From a virus: a stretch of 64,000 nucleotides of DNA. Of this stretch, positions 53,453 to 63,346 are shown piece after piece (position 1 is the stretch's first letter; every line of letters starts with the position of its first letter). Location of the stretch: positions 36,108-100,107 of IMG/VR virus record IMGVR_UViG_3300025666_000003, one strand, 5' to 3'. The notes beneath the pieces are model-generated. The model did no database searches. It was not told where the DNA came from and saw nothing but the letters and a program-made list of their open reading frames with translations. The translations under genes and the position numbers were made by a program.

Positions 53453-56203
53453 TTACTTTTCTTTACTTTTAGAAGATTTGTTATCAAACCTATTTTTGTT
53501 TTCTCTAGCTATTTGTAAATCTGTATCTTTCATCTGAAGTTGAGCTTGAATTTTCTCTCTTTCAATTTGATTTTTGTTAGCATCACTAGTAATATTGTTT
53601 GATTCCTTTTCTCTTTGCAGTTGCATTTGATCTTGGTATTGTTCGCTCTGTTTCATTTGAGCCATGGAATCTTGAAAATCAGATTGTTGGTTTTCATTAA
53701 TATCCATTGTTGCTCCAAAGCCAGAAGCTCTAATTTCTGCAACCATAAGATCTCTTCTTCTATTTAACTCAGCCTCTGTTGATTCATGATCTAATTTAGC
53801 TTTCTCTTCTGCAGCTTGTGCTTGAATTTGTTGTTCTTGCATTTGCTGAGCTGATTGTTGTTCTTGTTGTTTCTGTTGTTGAATTTTTTCTTCTGAATCT
53901 TTAAGAACATGGTTAAGTTCAGATACAGAATCAGATTGCATAATCTTACCTAAGTCATAAATAGAAGCTCCTGTAGTATTATTATTTACTGCCAAATTCT
54001 TAAGTTGCTCTAATATAGATCTATGATTTGCAGTTGTGCTTGCAAATATATTTAAGTCTCTCATTAACAAATCAGTACCATTTATTTGAAAGTTAACCTT
54101 TTCATCTAAAGATGTTGTATAACTTAATCTTAACGAAGGTTTTGTAGAATTATAATATTGTGCTAAATCTGTACGCATTTGATGTACTCTAGGCATTAGA
54201 TAATCTGAATGTTGTATAAAAAACATTTCTGTTTGTGCATAAGATGCACTCACTGCTTGCTCAACACCCGTGGCTGTAGTTTGAGATAGTTGTTGTCCCA
54301 TTCTTTGTGGATTAACACCTATTACTTCATATGCTTGTTGTTTAAAATAATTAGCCAACTGTACTCGTCCCATTAATCTATTAGTTTGTTCTAAATCTAA
54401 TTTTTGGAAATGTTGGAAATTAAGTGGATTCTCTGTATTAGTTATTGAAGTATCTAATGGAAGAATTTGAAAATTCTTCATTGCTGTATATGCTTTAGCA
54501 TAATTACCTTTACCCCAGTCTTCACCAAGTGAATGTTTTGGTAATGTATTCTGATCAAGCATAATAATAGTACCTAGTTCATCAACTAAAATATCTGCAA
54601 TTTGATTATTTACAATGTTATATCCAATTTGATATGGTTTCATTAAATCAAGTAAAGCAGTTGATTTTGTATTTCTATCTGAAAATACAGCACCTTCTAC
54701 TGGAAGTTTACATCCATATAAAGAATTATCTCCTTTAAATTGAAACTTAAGTGGTCCTAATGTACTTCTATCTATACCAATATAAAGTGGCGTAAACCCA
54801 TCTGGATTATTCATGCCCCAATAACTAGGGATATTTGGTCCAATTTTTACACCACCCCAAACTTCGTTAGTCCATATCCAATCTATATGATCTCCAAATA
54901 TTAAATTGTCTTTACTTTTATTTTTAAAAAGTCTAGTATCATATATTGGATTATTAATTACTTTATAGTCCTCTGTTACAATTTCATTTGTAACTTCACC
55001 ATTATCATCTATCTTAGTTAGATGACCTAATTTTCTTTGTGATTTCCAATAACCTGTTGTTACTCTTACTAAGTAAGCTGTTCCTTCTGAATAATAGTCT
55101 TCACTTTCACTAAGTATTTGATTAACAACGTCTGCTCCTTCGTATACACTATTGGCCATCATTGATGTATATTGTCTATACGCTAATGAAGGCATGTTAG
55201 TATTTGATTCATGTGATTTTGTACCATCATAAAATGAACCATCATTCTGGTATCCTGATATTGAATATCCTGCCGCATTGATAGGATAGATAGCTTCTAA
55301 TGCAGCTAACTGATCTTCGTCCATCAAGTATCCATATTTATCAATAACATCGGCTACAGTAAGCATATCAGTTTTTCCAACCCAGTTAGATTGAGAAATA
55401 TATCTTGCATCAGGTGACTTATGATAAAAAGTAAGAGCTGGATTCCACAGTTCTACTTCATAATCATCTTCCATCATTCTCATATGCCAAAATTCTCTGT
55501 CAGCAATTAACATATCACGGAAAGCTCTTTCTTCAAGTTCATCCATGTTAAATCTTTCAATGTCTACTTTATGCTGATGACTTGCCCATTCTTCTACCAT
55601 AGATCTATAGTCTTTTTGAAAAAAAGATTCTATTTCTGGTAATGTTCTTATGTTTTCTGGTGCAAGTTGTTGCTGTGCTTCTTCAGATTCCGGATCTAAA
55701 CCTTGTTCAAGTAAAGATGCTACAATTTTCATTTCAGCTTCACCCATTAAAACTTCTTCAACCATAGATCTTTTTTGTTCCATCATCTCATTATAAGATG
55801 TGTCATCTACTGCACGGTATGTAAGTTTAGTGCTTCGTTTAGCAAACTCTGCTGTAAGTACATTAATAACATTTGGAATAATTGGATAGAACTTTAATTC
55901 TAATGCTGATGAATCTTCTTCTGTAAGTAATTCTACAAGTTCACGTTGCTCATGATCTGTTTCAACTATATAGTCTGATTTATCAATTAAACCTTTGGCC
56001 AACTTATAATTTTTCATTATACGTCTGGCATTTTTTTTAATTTGTTTTAATCCGTTCCATTCTAACCAATCAAGATTCCAAGCTGCCCATTGTTCATCTT
56101 TATCTTTTTTAGAAATAAACTGTAGAGGTTGTGTAACATTACCTAAACGATTATGTTTTTGTTTAGCCCCATTCTTTATTTGCATTGCATTTTGTACTTG
56201 CAT
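53453..56203 (-). CDS. Portal protein (916 aa)
   Basis: Directly after terminase. Motifs FYPIIPNVINVL, DLMKPYQIGYN and GVNPQRMG, with a Q-rich coiled-coil C-terminus. Confidence 0.88.
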   Translation of the reverse strand: MQVQNAMQIKNGAKQKHNRLGNVTQPLQFISKKDKDEQWAAWNLDWLEWNGLKQIKKNARRIMKNYKLAKGLIDKSDYIVETDHEQRELVELLTEEDSSALELKFYPIIPNVINVLTAEFAKRSTKLTYRAVDDTSYNEMMEQKRSMVEEVLMGEAEMKIVASLLEQGLDPESEEAQQQLAPENIRTLPEIESFFQKDYRSMVEEWASHQHKVDIERFNMDELEERAFRDMLIADREFWHMRMMEDDYEVELWNPALTFYHKSPDARYISQSNWVGKTDMLTVADVIDKYGYLMDEDQLAALEAIYPINAAGYSISGYQNDGSFYDGTKSHESNTNMPSLAYRQYTSMMANSVYEGADVVNQILSESEDYYSEGTAYLVRVTTGYWKSQRKLGHLTKIDDNGEVTNEIVTEDYKVINNPIYDTRLFKNKSKDNLIFGDHIDWIWTNEVWGGVKIGPNIPSYWGMNNPDGFTPLYIGIDRSTLGPLKFQFKGDNSLYGCKLPVEGAVFSDRNTKSTALLDLMKPYQIGYNIVNNQIADILVDELGTIIMLDQNTLPKHSLGEDWGKGNYAKAYTAMKNFQILPLDTSITNTENPLNFQHFQKLDLEQTNRLMGRVQLANYFKQQAYEVIGVNPQRMGQQLSQTTATGVEQAVSASYAQTEMFFIQHSDYLMPRVHQMRTDLAQYYNSTKPSLRLSYTTSLDEKVNFQINGTDLLMRDLNIFASTTANHRSILEQLKNLAVNNNTTGASIYDLGKIMQSDSVSELNHVLKDSEEKIQQQKQQEQQSAQQMQEQQIQAQAAEEKAKLDHESTEAELNRRRDLMVAEIRASGFGATMDINENQQSDFQDSMAQMKQSEQYQDQMQLQREKESNNITSDANKNQIEREKIQAQLQMKDTDLQIARENKNRFDNKSSKSKEK

Positions 56204-56205
56204 CT

Positions 56206-58407
56206 TTATTTTAGGTTTTTAAATGGAGATCTCTTTATTGACTTACCATTAACTCTTATACCTTTACCTATATTTCGGAAAGGTGTATGTGATAATTTAT
56301 ACAAATTATCTGAATTTTGCAACTTTTTACTTGCATCATCCATAATAACATTTTTCATATATCCTCTATTAGACTGCTGTATTCTCATAAAAGCAACTAA
56401 TGCAGAAAAAGCAACTAACCTATCTACGTTAAGACCAGGTTGGTATTGCTGCATTTCTGTAAGCAACATAGGATCAGGAATTCTTTCAATTCCAAAGGTT
56501 GTTTTAATTATTGTACCATCTTCTTCAGTTTCAACATCTATTTCTTCTTTAGTATATTCTACACAATAACTAAGTAAATGTGTTTTAAATAAGACACCAG
56601 TATTTTTCCATCCATATTCTTGATATACACTTCTATTTGAAGCTAAATCTTTTAAGAACATTATCTGATCTTTAGGTACAAGATATCTTTGTCTTTTTTT
56701 TGATATCATATACTGAATAAATAATGAAATATTATTTTCTATTAAAGCCCAAGCATTATACCATTCTATTACTAATGATAATCTTTCATGAGTTTTATTA
56801 ATATCATCAAATCTCCCGCACCAAGCTGCTACTATTTTATCTTGTTCAAGATAAGTTTCAGTTTCTCCTGCTGTTACTTTGGTAACTTCTATTGGAGCTT
56901 TCATAACATACATGGAACATAATGAATCAGAAGTTGTTGTTTTACCTTCAGATACCGGATCAATTGATACATAGTACATACCAAACTTTAAATCTTTTTC
57001 TGGTCTTTCCCATACTACGACACATCCTGTTTTATCTTCTCTTTTTTTAGAAACAGGAAATTCACTGATTGGAAGTTTGTCTGTAGCTTTTGCTTTTATT
57101 TTTCCATCTGCTTCCCTTGTAAGTTCTAAATGTTCATATGCATATTCTTTTTCTTTTATTCTCATTAGTTGAGCTCCTACATGTTCTTGTGGAAATATAG
57201 ATTGGTTTCTATATGCAAAGGCTTCTTCAATATTTCTTGGATGTTGAGATATTCTTAATTGATATTTTGCAGCAGTTAGTTTGATCTTCCATTCAGCAAA
57301 TTGTTTATCTAATGCTTCTAATGCTTCTTCTACAAGTGAATTTCCGTAATCATCTATGAAAGGTGGCATTGACCATTGTTCTGGAATAAATAAACCTGAT
57401 TTACCATGTGTATGCTCTTTATCCAATAAATCAGTTTCTACTGCATATATGTCATTATCCTCAGGAAATAGGATCATATCTTTTAATGGTTCACATTGAT
57501 CAAGATCACCTACTGAACCAGCTGCTACAAAAACTCCAGTAGTAACAAAACCAGATTTCATAGCAGGTCTAATGTACTCAAATGTTTGATCCATCTTTGG
57601 AGCAATCCCAGCCTCTTCATGAAAAAAGAATTTACATGGTCCACCTACACCATTTGTTGGATCTTTTTCAAATGACATTCCTTGAATAGTACCTTTAAGA
57701 CCTTTTTTAGTTTTTCTATTATTCCTTCTTACTTCAATTTGCTGTTGCCACATTAAAACTTTATCCGGATTCATTGGACGGTACCATGCTGTATGTTCAT
57801 TAAGGAATGCTGCATATTCAGAAAGAAATTTCCAAGTACCTTTTTCATTTATGTAATCTTTAAGGCTTGATCCCATTTTTAATGAGACACCTGCTTCAAA
57901 CCATAATTGATTTAGAAGTTTAGCTGCATGATAATATGAAGACGCTATCTGTCTTTTTTTTAATATAGCAACATGTTTATAATTTAGTTCTGCTAACATC
58001 TCATATAATGACATATGATATTGTGCATCTCTTATTTTAGCAAAACCAAAAGCTGATATTTCTTTATTATATATTGGAAGAAAATTCAACCACATATAGT
58101 ATTCTCTACTTATATACCAAGTGTTGTCTTTAGATTTATATATTACACCTTTTCTACATTTCTTTTTTTCTCCGTCCCAGTATTTTTTAAAATCTCTTGA
58201 TTTAAAAGGAGCTGCGCAATATACTTTACTAGTTTCAAACTTCCTGCCTTCAATATTAAATTCATGACTTGTTTTATCAAATTTATACTCACCTGGCAAT
58301 TTAAATAAATCTAATAAAAATTGAGCATATTCTTCTCTAGAATCAAAAGATGTTTCTGTCCATGTACCATTATCCCAAGTAGGTATTTCTTGATAAATTT
58401 CACTCAT
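56206..58407 (-). CDS. terL: Terminase large subunit (733 aa)
   Basis: Walker A-like LKKRQIASSY, Walker B FFFHEEAG, nuclease VSIDPV, ALIENN and NVDRLVA. Confidence 0.93.
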   Translation of the reverse strand: MSEIYQEIPTWDNGTWTETSFDSREEYAQFLLDLFKLPGEYKFDKTSHEFNIEGRKFETSKVYCAAPFKSRDFKKYWDGEKKKCRKGVIYKSKDNTWYISREYYMWLNFLPIYNKEISAFGFAKIRDAQYHMSLYEMLAELNYKHVAILKKRQIASSYYHAAKLLNQLWFEAGVSLKMGSSLKDYINEKGTWKFLSEYAAFLNEHTAWYRPMNPDKVLMWQQQIEVRRNNRKTKKGLKGTIQGMSFEKDPTNGVGGPCKFFFHEEAGIAPKMDQTFEYIRPAMKSGFVTTGVFVAAGSVGDLDQCEPLKDMILFPEDNDIYAVETDLLDKEHTHGKSGLFIPEQWSMPPFIDDYGNSLVEEALEALDKQFAEWKIKLTAAKYQLRISQHPRNIEEAFAYRNQSIFPQEHVGAQLMRIKEKEYAYEHLELTREADGKIKAKATDKLPISEFPVSKKREDKTGCVVVWERPEKDLKFGMYYVSIDPVSEGKTTTSDSLCSMYVMKAPIEVTKVTAGETETYLEQDKIVAAWCGRFDDINKTHERLSLVIEWYNAWALIENNISLFIQYMISKKRQRYLVPKDQIMFLKDLASNRSVYQEYGWKNTGVLFKTHLLSYCVEYTKEEIDVETEEDGTIIKTTFGIERIPDPMLLTEMQQYQPGLNVDRLVAFSALVAFMRIQQSNRGYMKNVIMDDASKKLQNSDNLYKLSHTPFRNIGKGIRVNGKSIKRSPFKNLK

Positions 58408-58431
58408 GTACTATAGCTTTTTTATTAATCA

Positions 58432-58950
58432 TTATTCATCATCATATGCTAAGCCTTCTCCACCACGAACTTGACTTTGTTGTTCATCTTTAAGATCTCT
58501 ATAAGCCCCCTTAAAAGAAGATCTTATTGAATCAAATTTAGATGCTGCGTTTACCATAGAAGTTATGTTACCATCTTTACCATCAGTAATAACTGTCACT
58601 TCCATATATTTAGCTAATCTGTCTAACATATTAGCTATTCCATCGTATGCTCTACTTGTTGGTGTAGAATTCATATCTTGACAAAATTTAAGAGCCATAC
58701 GTATAGATTCATCTTCTGTAGAAAATTCAGAATTAATTTCATCAAGAATCATAGATTCTTTATCAACTATTGGTGTTGTAAAAAATGGATTTAAATCAGG
58801 ACTTGGACAAGTCATATAAAAAAGATATAAGTAAATTTTGAGATGTTCCTCTGGATACTTATCCATTATATTCTTTAAAGTTTTCAATGTATAACAATGT
58901 TCACTTGGAATTACTGCTCCATTTTGTATATCAAATAATTTAATCAGCAT
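58432..58950 (-). CDS. Conserved helical protein upstream of terL (possible small terminase subunit)
   Basis: Assignment rests on position, size and a helical/coiled-coil C-terminus only. Confidence 0.4.
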   Translation of the reverse strand: MLIKLFDIQNGAVIPSEHCYTLKTLKNIMDKYPEEHLKIYLYLFYMTCPSPDLNPFFTTPIVDKESMILDEINSEFSTEDESIRMALKFCQDMNSTPTSRAYDGIANMLDRLAKYMEVTVITDGKDGNITSMVNAASKFDSIRSSFKGAYRDLKDEQQSQVRGGEGLAYDDE

Positions 58951-59179
58951 CTTCTAATAATTTATCAATTTCTTCTAAAGTGTTATTAACAGTATATATT
59001 CCCCCATTTACTGTATAAATTAATGTTTGCGTTAAAGAAATTTCTCCTTCTGTATCAACAAAATGTCTATATGCTTCTATCTGGTCTTTTCTAATACGCA
59101 TGTTTACAAGTATGTCTTGTTGTACACCAAGCTCAGCAAGCTTGATATTTTCCATTATTACTTCAAGTTTTATAATCAT
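58940..59179 (-). CDS. Hypothetical protein (79 aa)
   Basis: ORF tightly packed in the operon. Weakly similar to its neighbour (IEAYRHFVDTEG vs VIAYYQFVDPNG). Confidence 0.6.
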   Translation of the reverse strand: MIIKLEVIMENIKLAELGVQQDILVNMRIRKDQIEAYRHFVDTEGEISLTQTLIYTVNGGIYTVNNTLEEIDKLLEDAD

Positions 59180-59182
59180 ATT

Positions 59183-59425
59183 TTATGGGTTTACTATTGC
59201 GTCAAATGCTGCATATGTCATATCTATTACTATAGGTGGTACACCTGTCATCATGACATTTGTACTTAATGTAAGAGTTCCGTTAGGATCAACAAATTGA
59301 TAATATGCAATTACGCTTGCAATATCAATTGTTCCTGACGAAGATTCATAATTAAATACAGGTTGATTATTTACATCTGGTGTTACATAAAGTGTTAATA
59401 CTGTAACGGCTTGTGGTGTTGTCAT
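59183..59425 (-). CDS. Hypothetical protein (80 aa), possible paralogue of 58940-59179
   Basis: ORF tightly packed in the operon, with a shared I.AY..FVD..G motif. Confidence 0.6.
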   Translation of the reverse strand: MTTPQAVTVLTLYVTPDVNNQPVFNYESSSGTIDIASVIAYYQFVDPNGTLTLSTNVMMTGVPPIVIDMTYAAFDAIVNP

Positions 59426-59427
59426 AA

Positions 59428-60264
59428 TTATTTCTTTTTAAGTTTATGTTTGTTTTCATGTAACCAGTTTATCATTTGTTGGACCTCATCTTTTAAATAA
59501 GGCACTGGAATCTCTACTACTTTTGTTACTACAGGATCTCCATTTGCTTCACGAGCTATTATTGGATATCCATAATCATCTTGTCCTGCATGTTTAAATA
59601 ATACATGGTGCAACATTATTGTACCAGGTTTAAGTTTTGGGTTATGTTTTAATATAATATACATATAAATACTTAACTGTAAAGCATAGTGAAAAAAATT
59701 ACAATCTTCAATATGACTAATTGGGGACAACATTTTTTGTGATATGCCTTCCCAATTTACATATGAATTCATTTTTATTTCTTTATTTGTTTTATAATCA
59801 ATAACATTTACATGCCCATTAACTATTTCTACTAAATCTGATTGGCCACATATTCCAGCAGATTTTAAATAAACCATGTGTTCTGGATATATACCCTCAT
59901 CTATTTTTTGTTCAGGAGCTATTTTGTCTCCATCTTTTTTTATTATAGGTGAAAATACAGGAAGATTTAAACCTTCTCTTTCTATTGAAGCTAAATTACA
60001 TAAATCATTTTCTCTTTGATTATGATAAAATGTGCCTACACCCATTGCTCTATTAGCTTCACCATCCCAAATATCTAAAATTTCTTTAAAAGGTAATCCA
60101 TACCATTTAGATTTTTTATTTTTTGATACTTTTTTAGCAACGGCTTTTGCATCAAATGGTTTTTTTAAAGAAGAAACTAAAGTTGTTACACTAGTCCAAT
60201 TAATATTTTCAGCAGAATCTATACTATTATAACTATGTGCTGCTTCATTAAATACTATACTCAT
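59428..60264 (-). CDS. PD-(D/E)XK (RecB/lambda-exonuclease-like) nuclease
   Basis: Motifs SVTT, GTFYH, PEHMVY, ICGQSDLV, VIDYKT and YALQLSIY. Confidence 0.85.
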   Translation of the reverse strand: MSIVFNEAAHSYNSIDSAENINWTSVTTLVSSLKKPFDAKAVAKKVSKNKKSKWYGLPFKEILDIWDGEANRAMGVGTFYHNQRENDLCNLASIEREGLNLPVFSPIIKKDGDKIAPEQKIDEGIYPEHMVYLKSAGICGQSDLVEIVNGHVNVIDYKTNKEIKMNSYVNWEGISQKMLSPISHIEDCNFFHYALQLSIYMYIILKHNPKLKPGTIMLHHVLFKHAGQDDYGYPIIAREANGDPVVTKVVEIPVPYLKDEVQQMINWLHENKHKLKKK

Positions 60265-60269
60265 TTTAT

Positions 60270-60539
60270 TTATTTTTTATGAATACTCCATTTTCCTTGA
60301 GGACACTCTGATTCCATGGATCTTAGTTTTAATTTAAGTGAACATCCACAATCACCACAACAAGGTTGAGTTCCTTTAACTTCACATTTTGTTCCTAATG
60401 TGTCAAACATGTTACATTGTCTGCATATAGAATATCTATAGTTAGCTACATTTTCTATATAAGGTTTTCTAAATGTATTATTTAAAAAACCTTCCCATAT
60501 TAATTTTCTATTAGTCCAGATTTTTTTTACATTCATCAT
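60270..60539 (-). CDS. Small Zn-finger-like protein
   Basis: RYSICRQC...CCGDCGCSL...CPQGKW. Confidence 0.7.
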   Translation of the reverse strand: MMNVKKIWTNRKLIWEGFLNNTFRKPYIENVANYRYSICRQCNMFDTLGTKCEVKGTQPCCGDCGCSLKLKLRSMESECPQGKWSIHKK

Positions 60540-60894
60540 TTAGATTTTTTTTAAATTCTGTCTTTATAAAATTAAACTCTTCTATTTTTTGCTTAACTGA
60601 AGATAAGGATTCTAAACGAGCTTCCAATCTTTTCTTGTTAAAATAACCTGAAAATTCAAAAGTATCTGCTTTATTTGCCATGCTACTGTATTTTAGAATA
60701 AGCTTGTCAACGGTCTTTGGTTTTATAACCATTTGACCTAGCCCGTCTAGATTTATCCTAGTATAACTTAATTCTGATAAATGCCTTCTAACTTCTTTAT
60801 AATAAAATGTAATAAACTTATCTACAAGATCCTCACCAATATTTTGTTCTTCGGCAATTTCTTTAAATAATTTATTTGGTTTTTTAGGAATCAT
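60511..60894 (-). CDS. HU/IHF-like DNA-binding protein
   Basis: LFKEIAEEQNI...LVDKFI...RINLDGLGQMVIKP follows the HU helix-helix-strand pattern. Confidence 0.6.
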   Translation of the reverse strand: MIPKKPNKLFKEIAEEQNIGEDLVDKFITFYYKEVRRHLSELSYTRINLDGLGQMVIKPKTVDKLILKYSSMANKADTFEFSGYFNKKRLEARLESLSSVKQKIEEFNFIKTEFKKNLNDECKKNLD

Positions 60895-61249
60895 TAGCTA
60901 AAAAATTATAATCAAGAAGTATAGTTCCTTCTGTTTGAATTTTTAAACTGGGATCAATACTAATTAATTTTTTATTAATAGTGTCTTTAATTACTAAACC
61001 ATTCTTTTCAGCTTTATTAATTGAATTTCTAACAGTCTGAGAAGATTTAAATACTGAGTGTTCTTCAGAAGCATCGTAACAAAAATCAGTAAGTTCTATT
61101 GGGCTGTTTAAACTTAATAAAGTTAAACATTCAAGATCAGCATTACTCACTGTTATCCTATTAAGATAACAATGAGTAACAATCTGAAATTTTACAGTGT
61201 CCCATTTAGACATTTTTACACGCTTCTGTACTTGATTTACTAAAGCCAT
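60884..61249 (-). CDS. Putative winged-helix DNA-binding protein
   Basis: SSQTVRNSINKAEKNGLVIKD resembles a wHTH recognition helix and wing. Confidence 0.5.
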   Translation of the reverse strand: MALVNQVQKRVKMSKWDTVKFQIVTHCYLNRITVSNADLECLTLLSLNSPIELTDFCYDASEEHSVFKSSQTVRNSINKAEKNGLVIKDTINKKLISIDPSLKIQTEGTILLDYNFLANDS

Positions 61250-61251
61250 GA

Positions 61252-61575
61252 TTAACTAGTTCTTAATGGTTTTTTTCTTTTTAGTTTTTTTTTCTTAGCT
61301 TCAGGTTTAGGTTTAGGTGAAGATTCTTGAGTTACTTTTTCAGGATATTCTTCAGGATATTCTTCTTGATTTTCATTTTGTGCTAGCATCATTGCACTCT
61401 GCATTGAGATTTGCAATCTTTTAAAACGTACTTCATCTACTTCCATCAGTTTAGTTTCATATCCTAACTGAGCATCTAGATAAGGCATTGAATCTTTATA
61501 GAATGTAAGCATTTCTTCCTTTCGTCTATCCATCTCTTCTGGTGAAAGTTTTTCTGTGTTTTCTTGATAATCCAT
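61252..61575 (-). CDS. Hypothetical protein (likely start MDYQENT at 61575)
   Basis: ATG at 61575 with an A/T-rich leader. The track start at 61602 is a TTG inside the promoter motif. The C-terminus is basic. Confidence 0.65.
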   Translation of the reverse strand: MDYQENTEKLSPEEMDRRKEEMLTFYKDSMPYLDAQLGYETKLMEVDEVRFKRLQISMQSAMMLAQNENQEEYPEEYPEKVTQESSPKPKPEAKKKKLKRKKPLRTS

Positions 61576-61599
61576 AATTATATTTAATTGGTTTAAATA

Positions 61600-61607
61600 C
61601 AAATATA
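61600..61607 (-). promoter_or_regulatory. Bacteroidota housekeeping -7 promoter element (TAnnTTTG)
   Basis: Minus strand TATATTTG, intergenic and just after a terminator. The same octamer occurs at 40598-40605 and 63351-63358. Confidence 0.6.
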
Positions 61608-61640
61608 CAAAATTTGTTTAAACTTACCAAGTTTATACAC

Positions 61641-61670
61641 AAAACCCAAATACTAAAAGTATCTGGGCTT
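61641..61670 (-). terminator. Rho-independent terminator after the lysis cassette
   Basis: Minus strand AAGCCCAGATACT-TTT-AGTATTTGGGTTTT. Confidence 0.75.
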
Positions 61671-61740
61671 GCCTTACCTAACTTAGCATCTAACATGCGT
61701 TCTTGATTATAGATAATTTTAAAACTAATTTTAAAAAAAA

Positions 61741-61908
61741 TTATCTAGACTTTATAGTGAGATTTAATAATGTGAACAAATAAAATTCACGTGAAATATC
61801 TATTTCAAATGCAATAATATCTATCTTACCCAATCTTATTTTAAGATGTAACTTGTCCCATTGTTTATTTGTCCAAGCTTTTTTCTTCCAGGAGTTTCTA
61901 TATTTCAT
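61741..61908 (-). CDS. Small hypothetical protein (55 aa)
   Basis: Hand-translated: MKYRNSWKKKAWTNKQWDKLHLKIRLGKIDIIAFEIDISREFYLFTLLNLTIKSR. ATG 2 nt after the endolysin stop. Confidence 0.7.
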   Translation of the reverse strand: MKYRNSWKKKAWTNKQWDKLHLKIRLGKIDIIAFEIDISREFYLFTLLNLTIKSR

Positions 61909-61910
61909 AA

Positions 61911-62744
61911 TTACATTACTTTGATTATATCTTGAATACGTGTTTGAGGAGTAATGATTATACCATTTTTTTCAAAATAGCTAATTATTATAGATAAATA
62001 ACTATTTCCTGCTCTAGCTCCTGTAGCATAAATTTTTACAAACTGATCTAATTGTCCTGTAAATATAAAATTGTATCCAGGAAGATATGGACTCATGCCA
62101 TATAGTTTAGAATGTTTGGCAATTTCAGGAGAAAAATAAGGACTTATAATTTTTCTTGCTCCTAAAGGATATGCTTTATGTTTACCTGAAGCAACTTTTA
62201 ATATATAATTTTTTTGAGCTAATATACCTTCTTGTAGACTATCTATTTTTTTATTTAATCCAGAATCAACATTTCCAATATTTCCTGGATTGTTTGTACG
62301 ATAAGATCTTGTTCCTACACGAAAACCTTCTTTATAAGCCATTATAGTAATAAGTAATTGTAATCCAGTTGGTTCATTACCTATAATTGCATCTCTAGCA
62401 GGAATATATTCTTCTAATATTTCTTTATTAAATTTAATTTTTAGATTAGTTTTAATAAGCTGATCTGGATAATGAGATCCTTCAATTAAAAATCCTTTAT
62501 ATTTTTCATCATACTCAGAAGTTGGTGGGTGTTGCATGTCTAAATTAAGTAACTTAAATGTTTCTTTACCTGCTTTACCATCAATTACAAGCCCATTAGC
62601 TTTTTGAAATTTTCTTAAATACTTATCAGTGGTTGGCCCAAATCTTTTAGAATATGGAATATGTATTGGCCAGCAACCTACAGCATTCAAACTTTTTTGA
62701 ATTTGAATAACATTTTTTCCGTAGTCTCCTCTTTTTATTATCAT
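61911..62744 (-). CDS. Endolysin: N-terminal peptidoglycan-binding domain plus a lysozyme-like catalytic domain
   Basis: IKRGDYGKNVIQIQKSL...FGPTT...FQKANGLVIDGKAGKET (PG-binding pattern). AYKEGF...RTNNPGNI. Adjacent to the holin. Confidence 0.8.
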   Translation of the reverse strand: MIIKRGDYGKNVIQIQKSLNAVGCWPIHIPYSKRFGPTTDKYLRKFQKANGLVIDGKAGKETFKLLNLDMQHPPTSEYDEKYKGFLIEGSHYPDQLIKTNLKIKFNKEILEEYIPARDAIIGNEPTGLQLLITIMAYKEGFRVGTRSYRTNNPGNIGNVDSGLNKKIDSLQEGILAQKNYILKVASGKHKAYPLGARKIISPYFSPEIAKHSKLYGMSPYLPGYNFIFTGQLDQFVKIYATGARAGNSYLSIIISYFEKNGIIITPQTRIQDIIKVM

Positions 62745-62749
62745 AATTA

Positions 62750-63346
62750 TTATTTTTTACCTAACTTCCAATATAAACCAAATTGAATTTGTGGTTTAAA
62801 CTTTTGATCAACACCAATACCTAAACCAAAAGCTGTTCTTTTTTTAGTTTTAAGTAAACCTTCTAAACCTACATACTTTAAAGCATTAATAGAAGCGCCA
62901 ACATGTGGTCCTACATAAAATTCTCTTTTGTTAAGATAATGTTCTTCAGTTATTGTTATTGTTTTAATAGGGTATAGAATTTCATATTGTAGATTTCTAT
63001 TAGAAATTTTATTTTTAAGAATACTATCATTAATTATAATCTTAACACTATCGTCAGCTATAGTGTCTGTATAATAATACGTAATAAAATAATCTTTTAT
63101 AATAGCTGAAGTATCTACATTTTTATATACAGTATCATTAGGTAATATTCTATCATTCCATTTAGGAATATAATTGTTTACAAATACTGTAATTGTATCA
63201 ATCTTTGTAACAGTTTCTATTTTAGTAATGATTTTAGTTTCATTATCTATAACTTTTTTACCACATTGTCTTAATAATAATAATACAATTATTAATAAAA
63301 CTATAAGTAAATTTTTTAAATTCTTAAAAAAATTAGTTACATTCAT
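62750..63346 (-). CDS. Membrane-anchored lysis-cassette protein (spanin-like); likely start MNVTN at 63346
   Basis: Hydrophobic LLIVLLIIVLLLLRQC and C-terminal amphipathic strands ending IQFGLYWKLGKK. Lies between holin and endolysin. Confidence 0.5.
   Translation of the reverse strand: MNVTNFFKNLKNLLIVLLIIVLLLLRQCGKKVIDNETKIITKIETVTKIDTITVFVNNYIPKWNDRILPNDTVYKNVDTSAIIKDYFITYYYTDTIADDSVKIIINDSILKNKISNRNLQYEILYPIKTITITEEHYLNKREFYVGPHVGASINALKYVGLEGLLKTKKRTAFGLGIGVDQKFKPQIQFGLYWKLGKK

Noticed and set aside
50416-58407. Introns or inteins in terminase, portal or capsid genes (common in some crAss-like phages)
   Set aside because: The ORFs are continuous and of ordinary size, with no homing endonuclease or intein motifs seen.
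59428-60264. Cas4 or CRISPR-associated assignment for the nuclease
   Set aside because: It lacks the four-Cys Fe-S pattern, and there are no cas genes or array nearby.
20320-61635. AAGTTTA/TAAACTT elements in several intergenic gaps (about 20329-20353, 25997-26008, 53389-53395, 61619-61635)
   Set aside because: Short, AT-rich and variably spaced from the promoter motif. Not distinguishable from background by eye, though worth including in a MEME run.
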